A stretch of 64,000 nucleotides of DNA from the human T2T-CHM13v2.0 reference genome, Homo sapiens: the NCBI RefSeq assembly GCF_009914755.1, contig NC_060931.1. One strand, 5' to 3'. The notes beneath the pieces were generated by a model. It saw only the letters and a list, made by a program, of their open reading frames with translations, searched no databases and was not told the origin of the DNA. The first letter of the stretch is position 1; every line of letters starts with the position of its first letter. The position numbers and the translations under genes were made by a program. Of this stretch, positions 14,633 through 29,140 are shown piece after piece.

Positions 14633-14921
14633 TTGTTTGTTTTTAAGAAAGAAATTAGCATATGAGTTAAACTACAAGGAAGTTTGGAATGATTAATGGA
14701 TGTGATATCCTGTACATAACCCATTTTTTAGTGGCTCTCTGAATAAGAAATCCCTTTGTGACTGGCCCAGATTGCATATTTGCTTGTAGTTTCTACCCCA
14801 TCTCCTTGTGAGGGAACCTCTGGTACATACTTTAAACTTCTCATCATTGTCATCTGCTCATTGGCACACCTTTTCTTCTGTCTTTTTATGCTTTTTGTTT
14901 GTTGGTTTTTATTGATTTTCC

Positions 14922-15165
14922 TTTGTTTGTTTGTTTTTGAGGGGGGACAGGGCCTTGCTCTGTTACCCAGGTTATAGTACAGTGGCTGTATCCTAGCTCA
15001 CTGCAGCCTCAAATTGCTGGGCTCAAGCTATCCTCCTGCCTCAGCCTCCCAAGTACCTGGTTCTACAGCTGTGTACTACCATGCCTGCCTAATATTTAAA
15101 TTTTCATTGTAAAGTCAAGGTCTCACTATGTTGCCCAGGCTGGTCTTGAACTCTTAGGCTCAAGG
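14922..15165 (-). mobile_element. AluJ (5'-truncated)
   Basis: ctagctcactgcagcctc...gggctcaagctatcctcctgcctcagcctccc. Confidence 0.88.
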
Positions 15166-15819
15166 CAGTTGCCTTCCAATTTTTAAGGCTGTGTAGCTTT
15201 CCTGATAATAATGGGAAGTTGGTTTTTCATTTGATCCTCTGAGAATCTGTTGATTTGTGTTGATGTTTTAATGTGCCACAAGTATTTCCTGTTAGCTGCC
15301 TGCAGATACAGAGGACTTTTGAAATTTTGCTCTTTGTTCCTTTTCCTTCTCTCTCTGTTCTTCCTTTCCTTCCTCCCTGGCTCCCAATTTGGATTAAAAC
15401 TTAATGAGTAAGAGGCCTAAAAGACGTAAGACATTTACACAACTGTAGATTTATTATCTTTGAATTTTTGAAAATGAACTTTTAAAGGCTTCTTTTCTAT
15501 TTTTTAAGGTTTTCAAGTCATGCCAGTGTCTGTGCAGACTGACAACTAGCACTGGGGGAGGGGAGGGGAAGAAGTTGCATTTATCCAAACATTTTCTGAA
15601 GGGATCTAACTTTGATTTCCTTTCTATGACCTGATTTAATGGAGACATTTCCACCTCAAAGGAGGATTTCAGGAATGCATATATTCTCACTAGTAGGCGA
15701 AACGGGTGCTGCTTTGATTTCTCACACCCTTGGTTGAATATGAATGTTACAATGTGGCATGTTTTCCAGGAATCATAGGGAATTGACCCATTTTATGTAA
15801 CATTTACAGGCCGATGGGC

Positions 15820-16100
15820 ATTTAGAGTTAGAAGGAACATCATTTAGATCTAGTCAACCCTTTCTCTCTCTTTTTTTAAACAGAGAAGGAAATGAAAGTC
15901 CAGAGAGATTAAGTAATTTTATTCAACAAATATTAATTGAGTGTATAACATGTGTCAGACTCAGTACTAGGTGCTGGAGGCTACAGAGATGAATAAGTTT
16001 GAGTCCCTGTTGGAGACAAATACATGGTTCCCAGATCATACAGTTTGTAATTAGCAGATTAGAGAATAGAATATTTATGAATCATTCATAATCCAGTCTT
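15820..16100 (-). mobile_element. MIR interrupted by an L2 3' end (about 15920-16020)
   Basis: acagagaaggaaatgaaagtccagagagattaagtaa (MIR) | attcaacaaatattaattgagtg...tactaggtgctgg (L2) | cccagatcatacag (MIR). Confidence 0.55.
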
Positions 16101-18149
16101 TCTGTATTGTGACAGAAATGCTCTCAGCTGTCCTTTTTTCTACCTTTTAATTTACTCATTTAATAAAGTTGATTTTCACTTTTTAAACGAAATAAAATCC
16201 ATGTTCTCTCTTGACCCAATACCCTCCTTTAGCTGCCATTCTTTCTTGAAAGATTCGTGTACATTAATCATGTACATTTGATCAACTATGCGACCCACTA
16301 AAATCTGACTGAAACTGCTCTTGCTGAACTTCCAGTGGGCATGTTTTGGTCTTCAGAAATCGCTTTGAATGTTTTAAGTCTGTTGTCATATCTTCCTTCT
16401 TCAAATTCTCTTCTCTTTGGGATCACTGGTGCCCTGATTCTCCTGGCTCTTTTCCTTTTTTGTTTTCATTTTCCTTAGAGTTTCACCTGCCCACTTCTTA
16501 TTTCTTAAATGGGCCATACTTTTGCACATGTCCGTAGCCAGTGGTCGTCCATCCTTCAAGACTTAGCTCAGTATCATCTCATGAAGCATATCTGACCTTT
16601 TCAAGCATTTAGGCACTTCCTTCCCTCTGTTCTTATAGTACCTTGTATATATTTCCTCATCCTGCAAGGTTTTGGTCTATATGTTAAGCTGTGCCTTCTA
16701 ATTTTTCTCTCTTGAGAACCAGCATCTCCAGTGATTGGCATGTACATTTTAACAAATGTAGTTTTACCCTGAAAGACTTCACACTTGCTTAGGCAAATAT
16801 GTGTGCAGGACTCTCTGCCTACCATCTACCCCTCCACCCTGCCCCCAGCAGTGAGTCTCTGTCTGCCTCCCCAACTCTACTGGGTTCTCTGAGCTAGGCC
16901 AGTGTATCGTTGCTGCCAAGAAAGAGCCTGTGATGATTCACTGTTAATGGTAGATTTATAGTTCTATCAATTGTCTGTCAGTATATTAACCCAGTTAAGA
17001 AGCTTAAACATAACCCTTAGTTACACTCAAATCGATTGCCAAACCTTTTTAAAAAATTCATAAATTACACATGCATAAATGCGAGCCTAGCCCTGTCTGA
17101 TTAAATCTGAGTTCATAATTAATGTGAGACAAATAATTGAATTTTTTTATAGCTAAAATTAGGGAATTTCATGTTTCTCACTGCGGAAGAGAGACTATCC
17201 TACATAATGGCATTGTTTCCATATTTAATCGTAAGCTAAACATTCATGGTCTTCAGCATGCTGACAGCACCCAAACAGGCAAAAGACACGTGTCTGCTTT
17301 TAAGGAAATCCAGCATACTGCAATAAAAAGGCGTGCAGGTTGGTTTTCCCTAAAGCCTCATCTTCAACTTGTTACGTGGCCATGATAGTTCTTTCAGGCC
17401 TGATAGCATGCTGATTCATTTGCTGAGGTAGAATGTGTTTTCTCTGGATTCCTCATTTTGTTTATGTTGTTGATCCTTCATCCTTTGCTGTGCACTTTTA
17501 CTGGATCAAAATTAGCTGAATAGAACTAAATCAAGGGAAAAAGAGGAGTGTCCTCAAAAGAAATAGTGGCCATGTGTTACCATTAAACCATTCAGAAAGA
17601 AATATTTGTATTTTTAAATTATAGCCTTTTATTTCTAATTAGTTCCAATGTTAAACCTCCTATCTTTAGAAGTATAGAGGTGGTGACGTAGATTGTTAGG
17701 CTGGTGGTTCTGAATTGTTTGTTTGTTTGTTTGTTTTTCTTATAACCTCCTGGTCTTGGGTTGTGTTCAAGTCTGTAAGATTTATTAGGTGAACATTCTG
17801 TAGCTAGGTGGCATGATGTTCTGGCTTCTCATTAGCAGTGACCCTGGAGAGATTTCTTGCATTCAGCAACATTTGTTTGGAGCCGCCCAGCATCCTTGTC
17901 ATCGAGTGGTGAGGCAGAGCTTGGGTTTGGGTGAGGAGGTCACCTTGTACATACCTCTGGAGGAGGGAGTGGTGCTGTGTGGGGGATGCTTAGGCTCCCT
18001 GGCTTCCCTTCTCCTTAAACACGATCAGCTCTTCTAGGACAAGGAGCTGAGTGCTTGGAGGAGAGGAAAAGGACTGTTTTTCTCTTGCTCAAAGTCTTAA
18101 GCCGTTAAAGAGGAATCATAATATTGTTCGACGCCCTGTGATAGCATCC

Positions 18150-18330
18150 ATTGGCCATGGAATTTGGAATTAGTTAAATTAGAGTTCACCTTTTGCTCCT
18201 GCCATTTTTAGTGGTGTGGCCAAGGGTCTCTCAATTTCTTTGAGCCTCTTTTTCTTCATAAGTAAAAATATAGGTAATACTTGCTGACTCTTTTGAATTG
18301 CTTTGAGGGTTAAATGAGCATAGTGGTATC
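18150..18330 (+). mobile_element. MIR
   Basis: tttggaattag...ctttgagcctc...gtaaaaat..ggtaatac...tgagggttaaatgag. Confidence 0.6.
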
Positions 18331-18832
18331 AAAAAGGTGAGCAAGATGCTGTTTTTAATTTCAGGTAGCTTGTAATCACCTGTAGGATTACAGATGCATA
18401 ATACTGAGTTGGGTTAGATGTATTACGAGAATATAGGATATTTTATTAGAAAATTCACAGACGGCTTCCTGGAGTCGGTAAGCAGCATTTGAGCATGTCT
18501 TGAAGAATATTTGGCATCTGAGTCAACAAAATATTTCACACTGCTGTGGCAGTCACATCTAGGCAGGAGAAACAACATCAAAAGAGGACCATAAGATCCA
18601 TTCGTGGAGCGTGTTCAGCAAGCAGTTTGGAATATAGTTGTCAGGAGCAGAACTGGGCTAGCATGCTTGATTGTTAAATAGTAACTAAGTATCTTTGCAG
18701 TTAACCAAAGATCAGGGTTTTATACTGAACATTTTTATATTAATGTGGAAATTGAATTTGATAGCATTCCTGATGCTTCTCCCAGATTAAATAAATCAGC
18801 AGAGTATTGAATGAAATGAGCTTTACCTCTCC

Positions 18833-19142
18833 TTTTTTTTTTTTTTTTTTTTTTGAGGCAGGGTCTCACTCTGTCCCCAGGCTGGCTGGAGTGCAGTGGT
18901 GCTATCTCCACTCACTGGGCTTGCAACCTCCTGGACTCAAGCAGTTCTCCTACCTCAGCCTCCCAGACAGCTACAACTACAGGCACATGCCACCACACCC
19001 AACTAATTTCTGTTTTTATTTTTTGTAGAGACAGGGTCTCACTCTGTTGCCAAGGCTGGTTTCTAACTCTTGGGCTCAAGTGATTCACCTGCCTTGGCTG
19101 CCCAAACTGCTGGGATTAAAGGCATGAGCCACCATGCCCAAC
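18833..19142 (-). mobile_element. AluJ
   Basis: poly-T, gaggcagggtctcactctgt...ggcatgagccaccatgccc. Confidence 0.92.
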
Positions 19143-19147
19143 GTTAC

Positions 19148-19338
19148 TTTTTTTTAATTGTGGTAACACATATATAACATAAAATTTACCATCTTCACCA
19201 TTTTTATTTACAGCTCTGAAATGTTAAATATATTCACTTTATTGTGAAACATATCTATAGAACATTTTCGTCTTACACAACTGAAACTCTGTCCCCATTA
19301 AACAGTGATTTCCCTTTTCCCCTTCTCTTAGCCCTGGT
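19148..19338 (-). mobile_element. L1M (L1MA/MB) 3' UTR end
   Basis: taattgtggtaa..acataaaatttaccatcttcacc...aactgaaactctgtccccattaaac. Confidence 0.8.
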
Positions 19339-20100
19339 TATGCACCCAGCTCCACTTATTTTTGACAGCTGGCTTAAGAGAAGTTCCTAGACTTCATTCA
19401 GAAACATTGCATGATAAAATATGTGATAACAAATCTGGGATTTTTTTCATCTTGCTATAGTAGAAAAATGACATTTTGCTGGTATTTTGGGCCTCCCGTG
19501 ATTTGCCATCTCCGTTAACCCTTACTTTATTTACATCCCATTTTATGCAATATAGTAACCACGTTGACACATTTAAGCTAACTTTAGTCTTCCATTTCTA
19601 TCATGATTGCAATTTACAAAGCCATGAATGCAGCCTTCCTGTGATTGGGCTTTAAAACCACAAAATGATTCACTATCCATGAGAGTGTTCAACAGCATAT
19701 TAGGTAGAAAAAATTATAGGTTATTTTGTTCTCTTATTGTGTAATTTTTATATCTTGCACATTCCATGGATTAGACACATACTGTGACTTGAAAGTCTTC
19801 TCTTTACTTTGTGTTACCAATTGTTGAATCTTGTGAGCATTTCTCGGTCATCACATATTTTAACTGTGGAAGCTCTTTATGTGTACTAGTTCCTTTTTTA
19901 TTGGATCTTTTGTGCATATCTGCACAGTGGAGGTGGTCATGGTGTGTGGGGGCAGGCAGGGTGAAGGTGGTGGTATGGAATAGGTAAGAGGGAATTTTCT
20001 CTGTAGAGTGTTGTTTATCAAGAGAGGTGGACTGCTGCTATCTGATGGTCACTTTTCTTTGTCCAATTGTGACCTGCAGAGAGGGTGCTTTTAGCTACTG

Positions 20101-20759
20101 TGTCAGGATCCAGTAAGGAGACAGAAAGCACACCAGTTACTTTAACAGAGAACATAATTTAAGAGATGATTAGCTAGATATGGGAATACTAACAAGGTGA
20201 AGAAAAGAACCCTAAGGGTAGCATGGAGGTAATAACTACATGATGCAGCTCCTACCCTCTAAGGTTGGGGGAATAAGAAAAGAAAACATATAAGAACATA
20301 GAAATTTAGAGGGAGACCATGTGAAGCTGGGACATAGACTGCTGTTAACTGATGCTTGTGTCTCTAAGCTTGGAGACTAGGACTGGGACTCCAAGGTCTT
20401 GGGACCCAGACCTCCCAGGAGTGCTGCCAGTTGATTGGTTCTGATGAATCTGAGGAGGTGTGATAACCTGTTTCTGGGAGTGTTGGGAAGACAGCAAGCT
20501 GAACTCGCTTGCTGCTGCTGGAACAAGCTACCATTGCTGGGAGGAAGAAGTAGTGCTCTGGAGCCACTGGCAGGAATAGGAAAGATCTGCCCCTTCTTCC
20601 AGTTCTGGCTCTCTCTGGCACCCCCTATTGGCAGAGCCTAAGGAAGCCAGGTGGCAAGGCAGAAATGGGGTTTGCAGGTTCCCTGCCCCAGCATCACCAA
20701 GGAAAAGTTTAGAAAGATCAGTTTTGAAACTGCATCACAGTAGCTTCATAATGGGCATA
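20101..20759. mobile_element. Ancient solo LTR (LTR78/LTR79-like; family tentative)
   Basis: tgtcaggatccagtaaggagacagaaagcacaccagtta... to ...ccccctattggcagagcctaa...tagcttcataatgggcata. Confidence 0.55.
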
Positions 20760-20924
20760 ACTACTAGATCCAACTTTTTCCAGTTTGATGAGTTTCCCAG
20801 GGTGGGCAAGCACGCATTATGTGTTGAAATTAATTGACCTTTTCAGGTCTAGGGGACATTGTGTGTGGTGAGTGAAAAGCCAGTGGGTAATCTGCCAGTT
20901 CTTGCTACCACAGCAGTTGGGAGG

Positions 20925-21145
20925 CAGACGATAGAAACTGTCATAGGTTCTGGGGCAGACAGATCTTTGTGGGAGCTTTTTGCTCTGACATATGTGATAT
21001 CGGGCGTGTTATTTCTCTGGGCACCTAACTTCTCAGGTCTCTCAGTGAAGTAAAGCTATCATAATTCCAGCTTTATTTGCTATTGCGAGGATTAGAATTA
21101 ATATGTTTAATGTGCAAGCAGATAGCACCACTCAAAGAGTTAGTG
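20925..21145 (+). mobile_element. MIR
   Basis: ggttctggggcagacagatc...ttatttctctgggcacct...tgcgaggattagaatta. Confidence 0.55.
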
Positions 21146-23513
21146 GTGTTTGTTTTGTTTTTTAATGAATTGTAGAAATTTAGAGTGGCGCCAACCCTTT
21201 GTGTTAAGGGAGTTAGGTTAGGGTGCCAGCAGTAGGAAAGGTAAGGGTTTCATTGTCACAACGCAATGGTGATAGGATTGACATAAAAACATTGTTAAAC
21301 AGGCACCATTTCAGTTATTTTATGGCTGGAAGGACAAGGGTATTTAGGGTGACATTACATGAAGGAGGATATAAAACTGTGTTCTCACAGATCAAGGCAC
21401 CAGTCTCACGTCCCATGTCATTCCCCACAGATGAAACAGCTGTGAACAGCTACCGCAGTTATAGAGCGAGAAGTTCCCCATTCTTGCCCTCCTCCCCTCC
21501 ACCCTCACCTGACTGTCCTGTGCACTGTGACTTGCCTGCCTGTTTACTAGGTGCAACCAACTGGAGAAAAGAACCCCAACAAATTCCTGAGTATGGCTTC
21601 AAGTTTGTTACGGTCCCTTCACACAGTGGGGCAAGGCATGCTATATATATATAATGAAATTGCTATGCCAGCTGGGTACTGCATCTACATGTCTGTGCTG
21701 TTCATAGTTCTTTTAAGTTTATTTGCCCGTATTTCTCCATGATAGTAGTGGGTGATAAATGTTGAAGTTTTCTGATTGATGTCAAGTAGACTGTAAAGTA
21801 AAAGAAAGTCATCTTCCTTCGTTAAGGTTAGACTGATATCTGTCCTGAAAAGGTACAGGCCTCATTTTACTGAATATTTATGCACAGGCTTAGAATACTT
21901 TGAATTTGGTGGATAAAATATGTGGCACTAGACCTGGCATCCTGATTTAGACCTTGGAGGGACGCAGCAACTAAACAGAAACCCAGTGTCTAAAGGGAGA
22001 CCTTTCTGTGTGCACTTACATAATTCAGTCTTGTGTTTTGAAATGCACAACAATTCATTGCACAAATTTGACTGGAAATCTGGCTCAGTTGAAGGTTCCA
22101 CTGGCACCAGCTAAATAATGGTGTCATATCCAGCCTTATTTTCCCTTCTGTGTTCTTCCAGGAAGAAACTTTAATAATAATAATTATTTTTTAATATGGT
22201 GAAGAAAGGAAGACATTCACAAAGAAGCATTTCTCTAACAAAATGATATTATCCTCTGAATGGGCTCACCCGCTCCTTCTGTCTGTTACAGAGAAAATTG
22301 GTTTCCTGTTGTCAGAGATTTATTTTCTTTTCCTCCTGTTCTTTTCCCCTCTTCTGTAACTGTGGGAGGGTTTGTGGCACATCCCTGTGCTGGATGGGTT
22401 TCATCTGGCTTGGTGCCTGTACTTTAAGTAACGGGGTTGTCTCTTCTGAGGGCATTGGCTCTCCATTTTTAGCCGGGGTATGAACAGTAAGAAATGTGGG
22501 AGAAGATTTCTCCATTACTAGAAAACATGATCTGGGGCCAACTGGTTAATTATGAGCTTCCAATGAAAAGGAAAGTAGTGCCAGAAGGGCATAGCCAGTT
22601 GTGATATACTGGTCCTTGCTGCCACCGGTTACCATACTGGTTTCCATTACCTTGAAAACCTTTAGACCTGCTTTTGTCTTTGAAGGCTTCTTTCTCTCTG
22701 CTCATTTTCCTCTACTGCTTTTAAACTCTGGCTTCTTATTTGTAGATTTTTTTAAATGTCCTTTCCAATGAAGGAAATTTCCCCTTTTTAATGTTGATTC
22801 ATGTTTCTAGTTGATCTTCACAACTATTAGCTAGGTAGAAAGATGCTCTTCTGCAGAGACACTAATTATATTTTATTTCTTCTCAGCTCTACTTGCTCAT
22901 TTAAACAGCACCCAAAGAGATTTCATTCACCAAAACTTCATGCCTGTATTGCTGCAGATGAGTCTTTCCAGAGCAAAGGAAGAGCTCTATGATCTTTCAC
23001 TACCCTTTCCTTCTTTTCTTCCAATTTAACCTCAAAATATACCAACCCCAGCAACTGTGTTTACTTAGGGTTAATCTCAACTTCATGAGTTTTTTTGAGG
23101 AAGCTAGTTCTTTTGAAAATATTCCTCTTTATATGGTAGTTTACTATCATATTTATGTTAGCGTTGAACTGTCACACATAAAATATTTTTAGTGTATCAG
23201 TTCAGCTTTACTTGAACTCTGAATGGTATTATATGTGTTCTGTAAGGATTTCTGCTAACTTAGCTAATAATAGACTGAGGGTGTGTTTTTTCAAGATCAT
23301 AAGTAATATAATTCATTATGTCAAACTTGTAGGTGTAGAGAGAATAGAAGATTGTTTTAAAGTCTTAGGTCAAAAGAGAGCATAGTGATTATTTGGATTT
23401 TGTAAATTTGGATTTTCTCTAACATTAGACGCAGGCTGCCAAGAGTACTACTTTTTCATTAGCAATTACAAAGGGTCTAGGTTTTGCAGTTGTACAATGA
23501 GATATCTAGTTAA

Positions 23514-23816
<303 letters not shown>

Positions 23817-24549
23817 ATGTTTTCTAATCTTTATTGATTAATGGACTTATCTAGTATAGTATAAAATCATATTTAGTAATAGTAGCCAGAAGGTTGAGGA
23901 ACAGTTTGTATTCAACTAGTATAGTATAAGCGCCTTCATTCTATGAATTTGCTAACAATGGTATAAAGTTGCAGTGATACAACTGCCCCCCCTTTAAAGT
24001 TCACTTTGAGATTTACTAACCAGATTTATTAAATCCCATAATCACAAGAAATAGAGTTTTAGTTGTCAAAAATAAATTTTTTAGATAGGTCTTTCTATAT
24101 TCCCCATTATATTCCCTCAGTATTTTGATATTTCTAGGAATGTGGCACTATGCTGGGCACTTTCTAGGTACCATAAACAGCTTTTTTTCTCGTTCATAGA
24201 TCTTCCCTCATGTAGTCTGGCAGAGGCAGTAAGACCTGTATAAAGTAATTAAATTACAATAATACAAGGCAGAAAGTGATTAGTGCTATAACTTTGGCTT
24301 ATCTCGTCTTCTGTCCCTTGACATTTTTGCTCTTGTTAACATCCATGTTAGATGCTGTAAAACTTAAGCTAAGTAGCTTTGCTTCTTAGCAGCAGTAAAA
24401 GTATAGATCTGGTTTTCTCACGGAGTTTATATTTGCCAAAATGTTCCTTGAGTGTGAACTTAGACTTGCCTTAATTCGTACTAATTAGCCCATTTCTGAT
24501 TTTTACAGTTTTGAAATAATTTTGCTTGGTTTTCACCACAAAGTCATAA

Positions 24550-24927
<378 letters not shown>

Positions 24928-26454
24928 TAGGAGGCCAGTAGGTTGGGCCACAATCACTGTGTAGAGCCCAGGTTTCTAGTAGATCAGCATCAAGCTGCCT
25001 GCTACTCTTGGCCATTTGTTTGCCATGAAATATTCAGGGAATGTTTGATTTCAAGGTTGAGGGCAGCTCTTTTCCTCATTGCCTTCAGGAGAACTGAACT
25101 CAAGCCTTGTTCTCTTCAGGAATTGATGCCCTTTCTGCTTCATTATCCCAGGCTTACTGGCTGAGTCCTCACTGTTCCTCTAGGAAAAGTAGCATAGACT
25201 TCATTCCCTCTTGGAGCAGATTTTTACTTTCAGAGCACTTCGGGGGTGGGAAATGTTTGTGTCCGGTTACATGTTGGAAGCCATGCCTGCACAGGGAAAG
25301 GAAGATGGGGCAGGGCCCCAGCATCTTTTTGTTTTCAATTTTCTTCAGTGGGTGTGGGAGCCACTTTGCTGCTGGTGGCCCAACTTCTTGTGAGCCTTCA
25401 GGTCCTTTCACATTTAGGTTTGTGAGGGGTGATACTGTTCTTTTATTTCACCTTTTTTCCCCCCTTGCAGTAGTATTTGTAGCTAAGTGAAGGGACCGCA
25501 TATGGTTTGCTACTTGGATAATGGTTTGGGAGCCCCTAGAGCCTTTAAGCTATTTAAAGTCCTGACAGGGTCTTGGGGGAACAAAGACCTCATGCTTGGC
25601 TCCTGCTATTTCCTCCCCATCCTTCTCTCTGTCCTCTTCCCTCTCTCATCCTTACTGCGTCTGAGCAATAAATAGCAAGTGCTTCTGAAATACTCTTAGT
25701 TGGCTAATGTAATTGAGTAGAAGAACACTCTTTAGACGCAGATTTTTTTTCTTACATGATGGTCTTGAAAATGGTACTTTAATTTCAGGGTGTGCAGGTA
25801 CCTGTGGAATATAATCATATGCTGTGCACTGGAGATAACGGGTCAGGCTCTTTAAGGACATGAGGCCGCCTAAATTTGCTTTACTTCTTCCCTCTTTGGT
25901 CCTGTGAAACTCTTGTTCTCCTACTGGCAAGCTGCCAGGGGACATTTGTAATCAAGACTGTTTCTTGGAATTGCCACTGCCTCTTCTTTTCTGCTCTCAC
26001 TGTGGCTAGTGTGGGTCCAGACCCCTGGATGGCTTTGGGGGCTTGGGCAGGAAAGGAGACAAGACATGCCTACTCTTGCCATTCCTGTCATGGCCAGGTT
26101 CGTTTGCTGTCTTAGATTCTCAGATCCCACACCCAGGCTTCCAGTAGCTGGAACTAAGGAATATTTGGAAATTTTGTTTTGTCACTGTTACTACAATGTT
26201 TCCTGGTGTCTTATTTGTATAGAAGTTGGAGGGGTATTGAATTCTCCCATTTTTATTAACCTACTTACTTTTTTTTTTAATTGAACTATTTTGGCATTAA
26301 TCAAGTTCTCCAGTGTGGCTTTCTGCATTTAATAAAACTCTGACCCCCTCTTTGTTTTATTGCCTTCGATTTAAAAGTCATGGGGCCAAGTGCCTAAAAT
26401 ATAGACATTTTTGTGGCCTGGAGACCTCCTTGCTACTTATTTAAAAATTCACGT

Positions 26455-26753
26455 GGTCAGATACAGTGGCTCATGCCTATAATCCTAGCTCTTTGAAAGG
26501 CTGAGGCGGGAGGATCACTTGAACCCAGGAATTTGATATCAGCCCTGGTAACATAGCAAGACCCTGTCTCTACAGAAAATTAAAATAATTAGCTGGGTGT
26601 GGTGGTGCATACCTATAGTCCCCAGCTACTCGGCAGGCTGAGGTGGAAGGATCATGTGAGCCTGGAACGTCAAGGCTACAGTGAGCCCTTGTCATGCCAT
26701 TGCATCAGGAGCAACAACATAGCGAGACTGTGTTAAAGAACAAAAATTAAAAA
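26455..26753 (+). mobile_element. AluJ
   Basis: gggaggatcacttgaacccagga...gtcaaggctacagtgagc; flanked by aaaaa(t/g)cacgt. Confidence 0.88.
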
Positions 26754-26756
26754 GCA

Positions 26757-26875
26757 CGTTTGTGGGAATCACACCAGACCTACTGAGTCAGATTATCTGG
26801 TGTGGGCTTGGTAGTCTGCATGGTTATAAGCTCCCAGGAGATTCTTAGGCACACTGAAACCTGACAACCACCGAC
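26757..26875. mobile_element. MER5A/B hAT relic (interrupted by the AluJ)
   Basis: ccagacctactgagtcaga...aagctcccaggagattct...cactgaaacctgacaaccac. Confidence 0.7.
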
Positions 26876-26914
26876 AGGTGGTGATTGTCTTTTGGCAGTA
26901 AAAAACCAAGAGCT

Positions 26915-27100
26915 GCAGTGCCTGGCTCACAAGCCATGAGCCTCTGGGGTACCTGGGATCAAAATCCCAGCTTTGCTATTACTAGTTATGTGACATCAGG
27001 CAAGTTACTTAAACTGTAAGCCTCAGTTGCCTTCTAGTAAAAGGGGGATCATGATCCTTACCAGGTAGGACTGCTATCAGCATTAAGCCTATTTGATAGG
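26915..27100 (+). mobile_element. MIR
   Basis: acctgggatcaaaatcccagctttgcta...tgtgacatcaggcaagttacttaaac..gcctcagtt. Confidence 0.75.
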
Positions 27101-28429
27101 GTTATCTGTAACTATTATTATTCTTTAAGTTCTAGTGCTTTTCACACATGCTAATAAGGCCTTAAAGATGGGATCAGCAGGATCAAATAGGGTTGTCAGA
27201 AAGATTGAGAAATTGGAGGGTCCTACACAAGCCACAATGAAACACTTAAGGGAGGTAGTTATCTTCATAATCACCTCCTTCTAACCTCACACCTGTACAT
27301 TTTATCACGTAGATTCCAGTTTTTAAAAAAGTTGGATTTTAGTTTCTATTGTTTTCCATTTCGTCTTTGCTTCCTGGAAGATATGCTAAATGTATTGCGT
27401 TGCTGTGAATTTGGCACTTGCTCAGATCATGTCTCTGTTATAGACTGTATTTACTTTTAAGAGGTATTTTGAGTGGAGAGAATGAAATAGAGCTGGTTGG
27501 AAATAAAGCTGCTTTTTCCTTGAAACAACTCTTGAGGTATTTGGATCTATGAGGCTTCTGTGTATGGTCCTTTAGGAATACTTAGGTATCTTAGGAAGAT
27601 AAAAGATACCTTCTATTCGGCCAGGTGGTCACAATTTTAAACCTTCCTCCTGCTGCTAGCTTGTAGCTTTCTAGTTATCAGACCTGCCTTTTATAGAAAT
27701 GTGCTACTGTATGTGTTAAGGACCATAAAACAGTGGCTATCCCTGTGTGTTCTGTCTCCTGGATGCCAAGGGAATTGAAAGGTCCTTAATTGTAAATATG
27801 CCCAGGGCATGTGGTAATGCTCCTATTTTAAGTCTATAATTGAAATGGAAATTGCAGCCTTTGTTTATTAAAATGGCATGTGTGGCAGGGCAACTGGGAC
27901 TGGTCCATTATTTACTGTTTGAAATCTTACCCATTTTAATCTGATCATGTCTGTAGTTCTTATTGTAATTCAACAGTCAGTTTTAAGATCATCATGGAGT
28001 ATAATTCCACTTGGGCACATTAATTCATATATTATTGTTGAGGCTCCTTTTAAAAATAAAAATCAAACTTGTTTTTGACCCTGTTTATAGAACTTTTGTA
28101 GTTAAATTTATTTCCTCTGCCTCACAGAAGGATATATCTGTAGAAGAGTATCCTTTTTTTGAGGAAATAAGTGGAATTTAATACATTTCTTATGAGGAAA
28201 AGAATGGCCAGTTATTCTGCTGAAGAGAGGAATAAAAGTATGAAATATTGGGAGAAATGGGAAAGGGTGATCAAAGAAGCTTTGGAGATTTTCTCTCCCT
28301 CAACACTTTTGTCTTAAAAAAGAAATATAAGTTTATAGAATAACATAACAAACATCTGGGTTCCTTTTTCAGCCTTGATATTCTTCCCTGTGTGCTTCAG
28401 AGCCTTGTTTTTTTCCTTTTTACTGTTGT

Positions 28430-29140
28430 GTATTACACACACAGTTGAAAGTCCCTGTGTACTTGTCCTCAACCCCATTTTGAGGTTTTCTCTTTCTCTC
28501 CCCACCCATTCCACATCAGTAACCATTGTGCATTTTTATTCTTTTGCTGCTTACATAGCTCTATGAATAATATACTATTGTTTGTATCTGTTTTTAGTCT
28601 GCATTTATATTGGGTTTTACTATATCAGTCTACAACTTGCTTTTCCAGCTCAATTTTGTTTTTTCAGTCTGTCCATTTGCTATGTTGCTCTAAATCAGCC
28701 AAACTACTGTGTATTCCATTGGGTGACTATACCATATCCAGTGTTAATATGGATGTTGTTATACTTGTCTTGCACGTATGAGAATTTTCTGGGGCATATA
28801 CCTACCTGTAAGTAGCATTTCGTAGTTAGAGGTATGTGTGTTACCACCTTTAACCAAACAGTGCCACATAGCGCCACATCAAAGTGCCAAAGTATTTAAC
28901 CTTTTTATACTCCCATCAGTGGTTAAGGGGCATTCCTATTTCTCCACATTCTTTAAAATATTTGCCAATATGTTGGAGGTACTGTATCTCAATTTACATT
29001 TTTCTGACAATTATCAAGTTATACTTTTTTGCATACTTAATGTGTCCTTGGACTTCTTCAGTGAAGTACCTGTTTATATCTTTTGCCAATTCATCTATGG
29101 GTTTATTTCTCTTTTTCTTATCAATTGTCCGTTATTTACT
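28430..29140 (-). mobile_element. Old L1 (L1ME-like) fragment
   Basis: tattccattgggtgactataccat...ggcatatacct...cattcctatttctccacattct...gtgaagtacctgtttatatcttttgccaatt. Confidence 0.65.

Noticed and set aside
21223-21654. 143-aa ORF in non-Alu sequence
   Set aside because: Non-ATG start, no recognisable homology or exon-like boundaries; length compatible with chance in 64 kb
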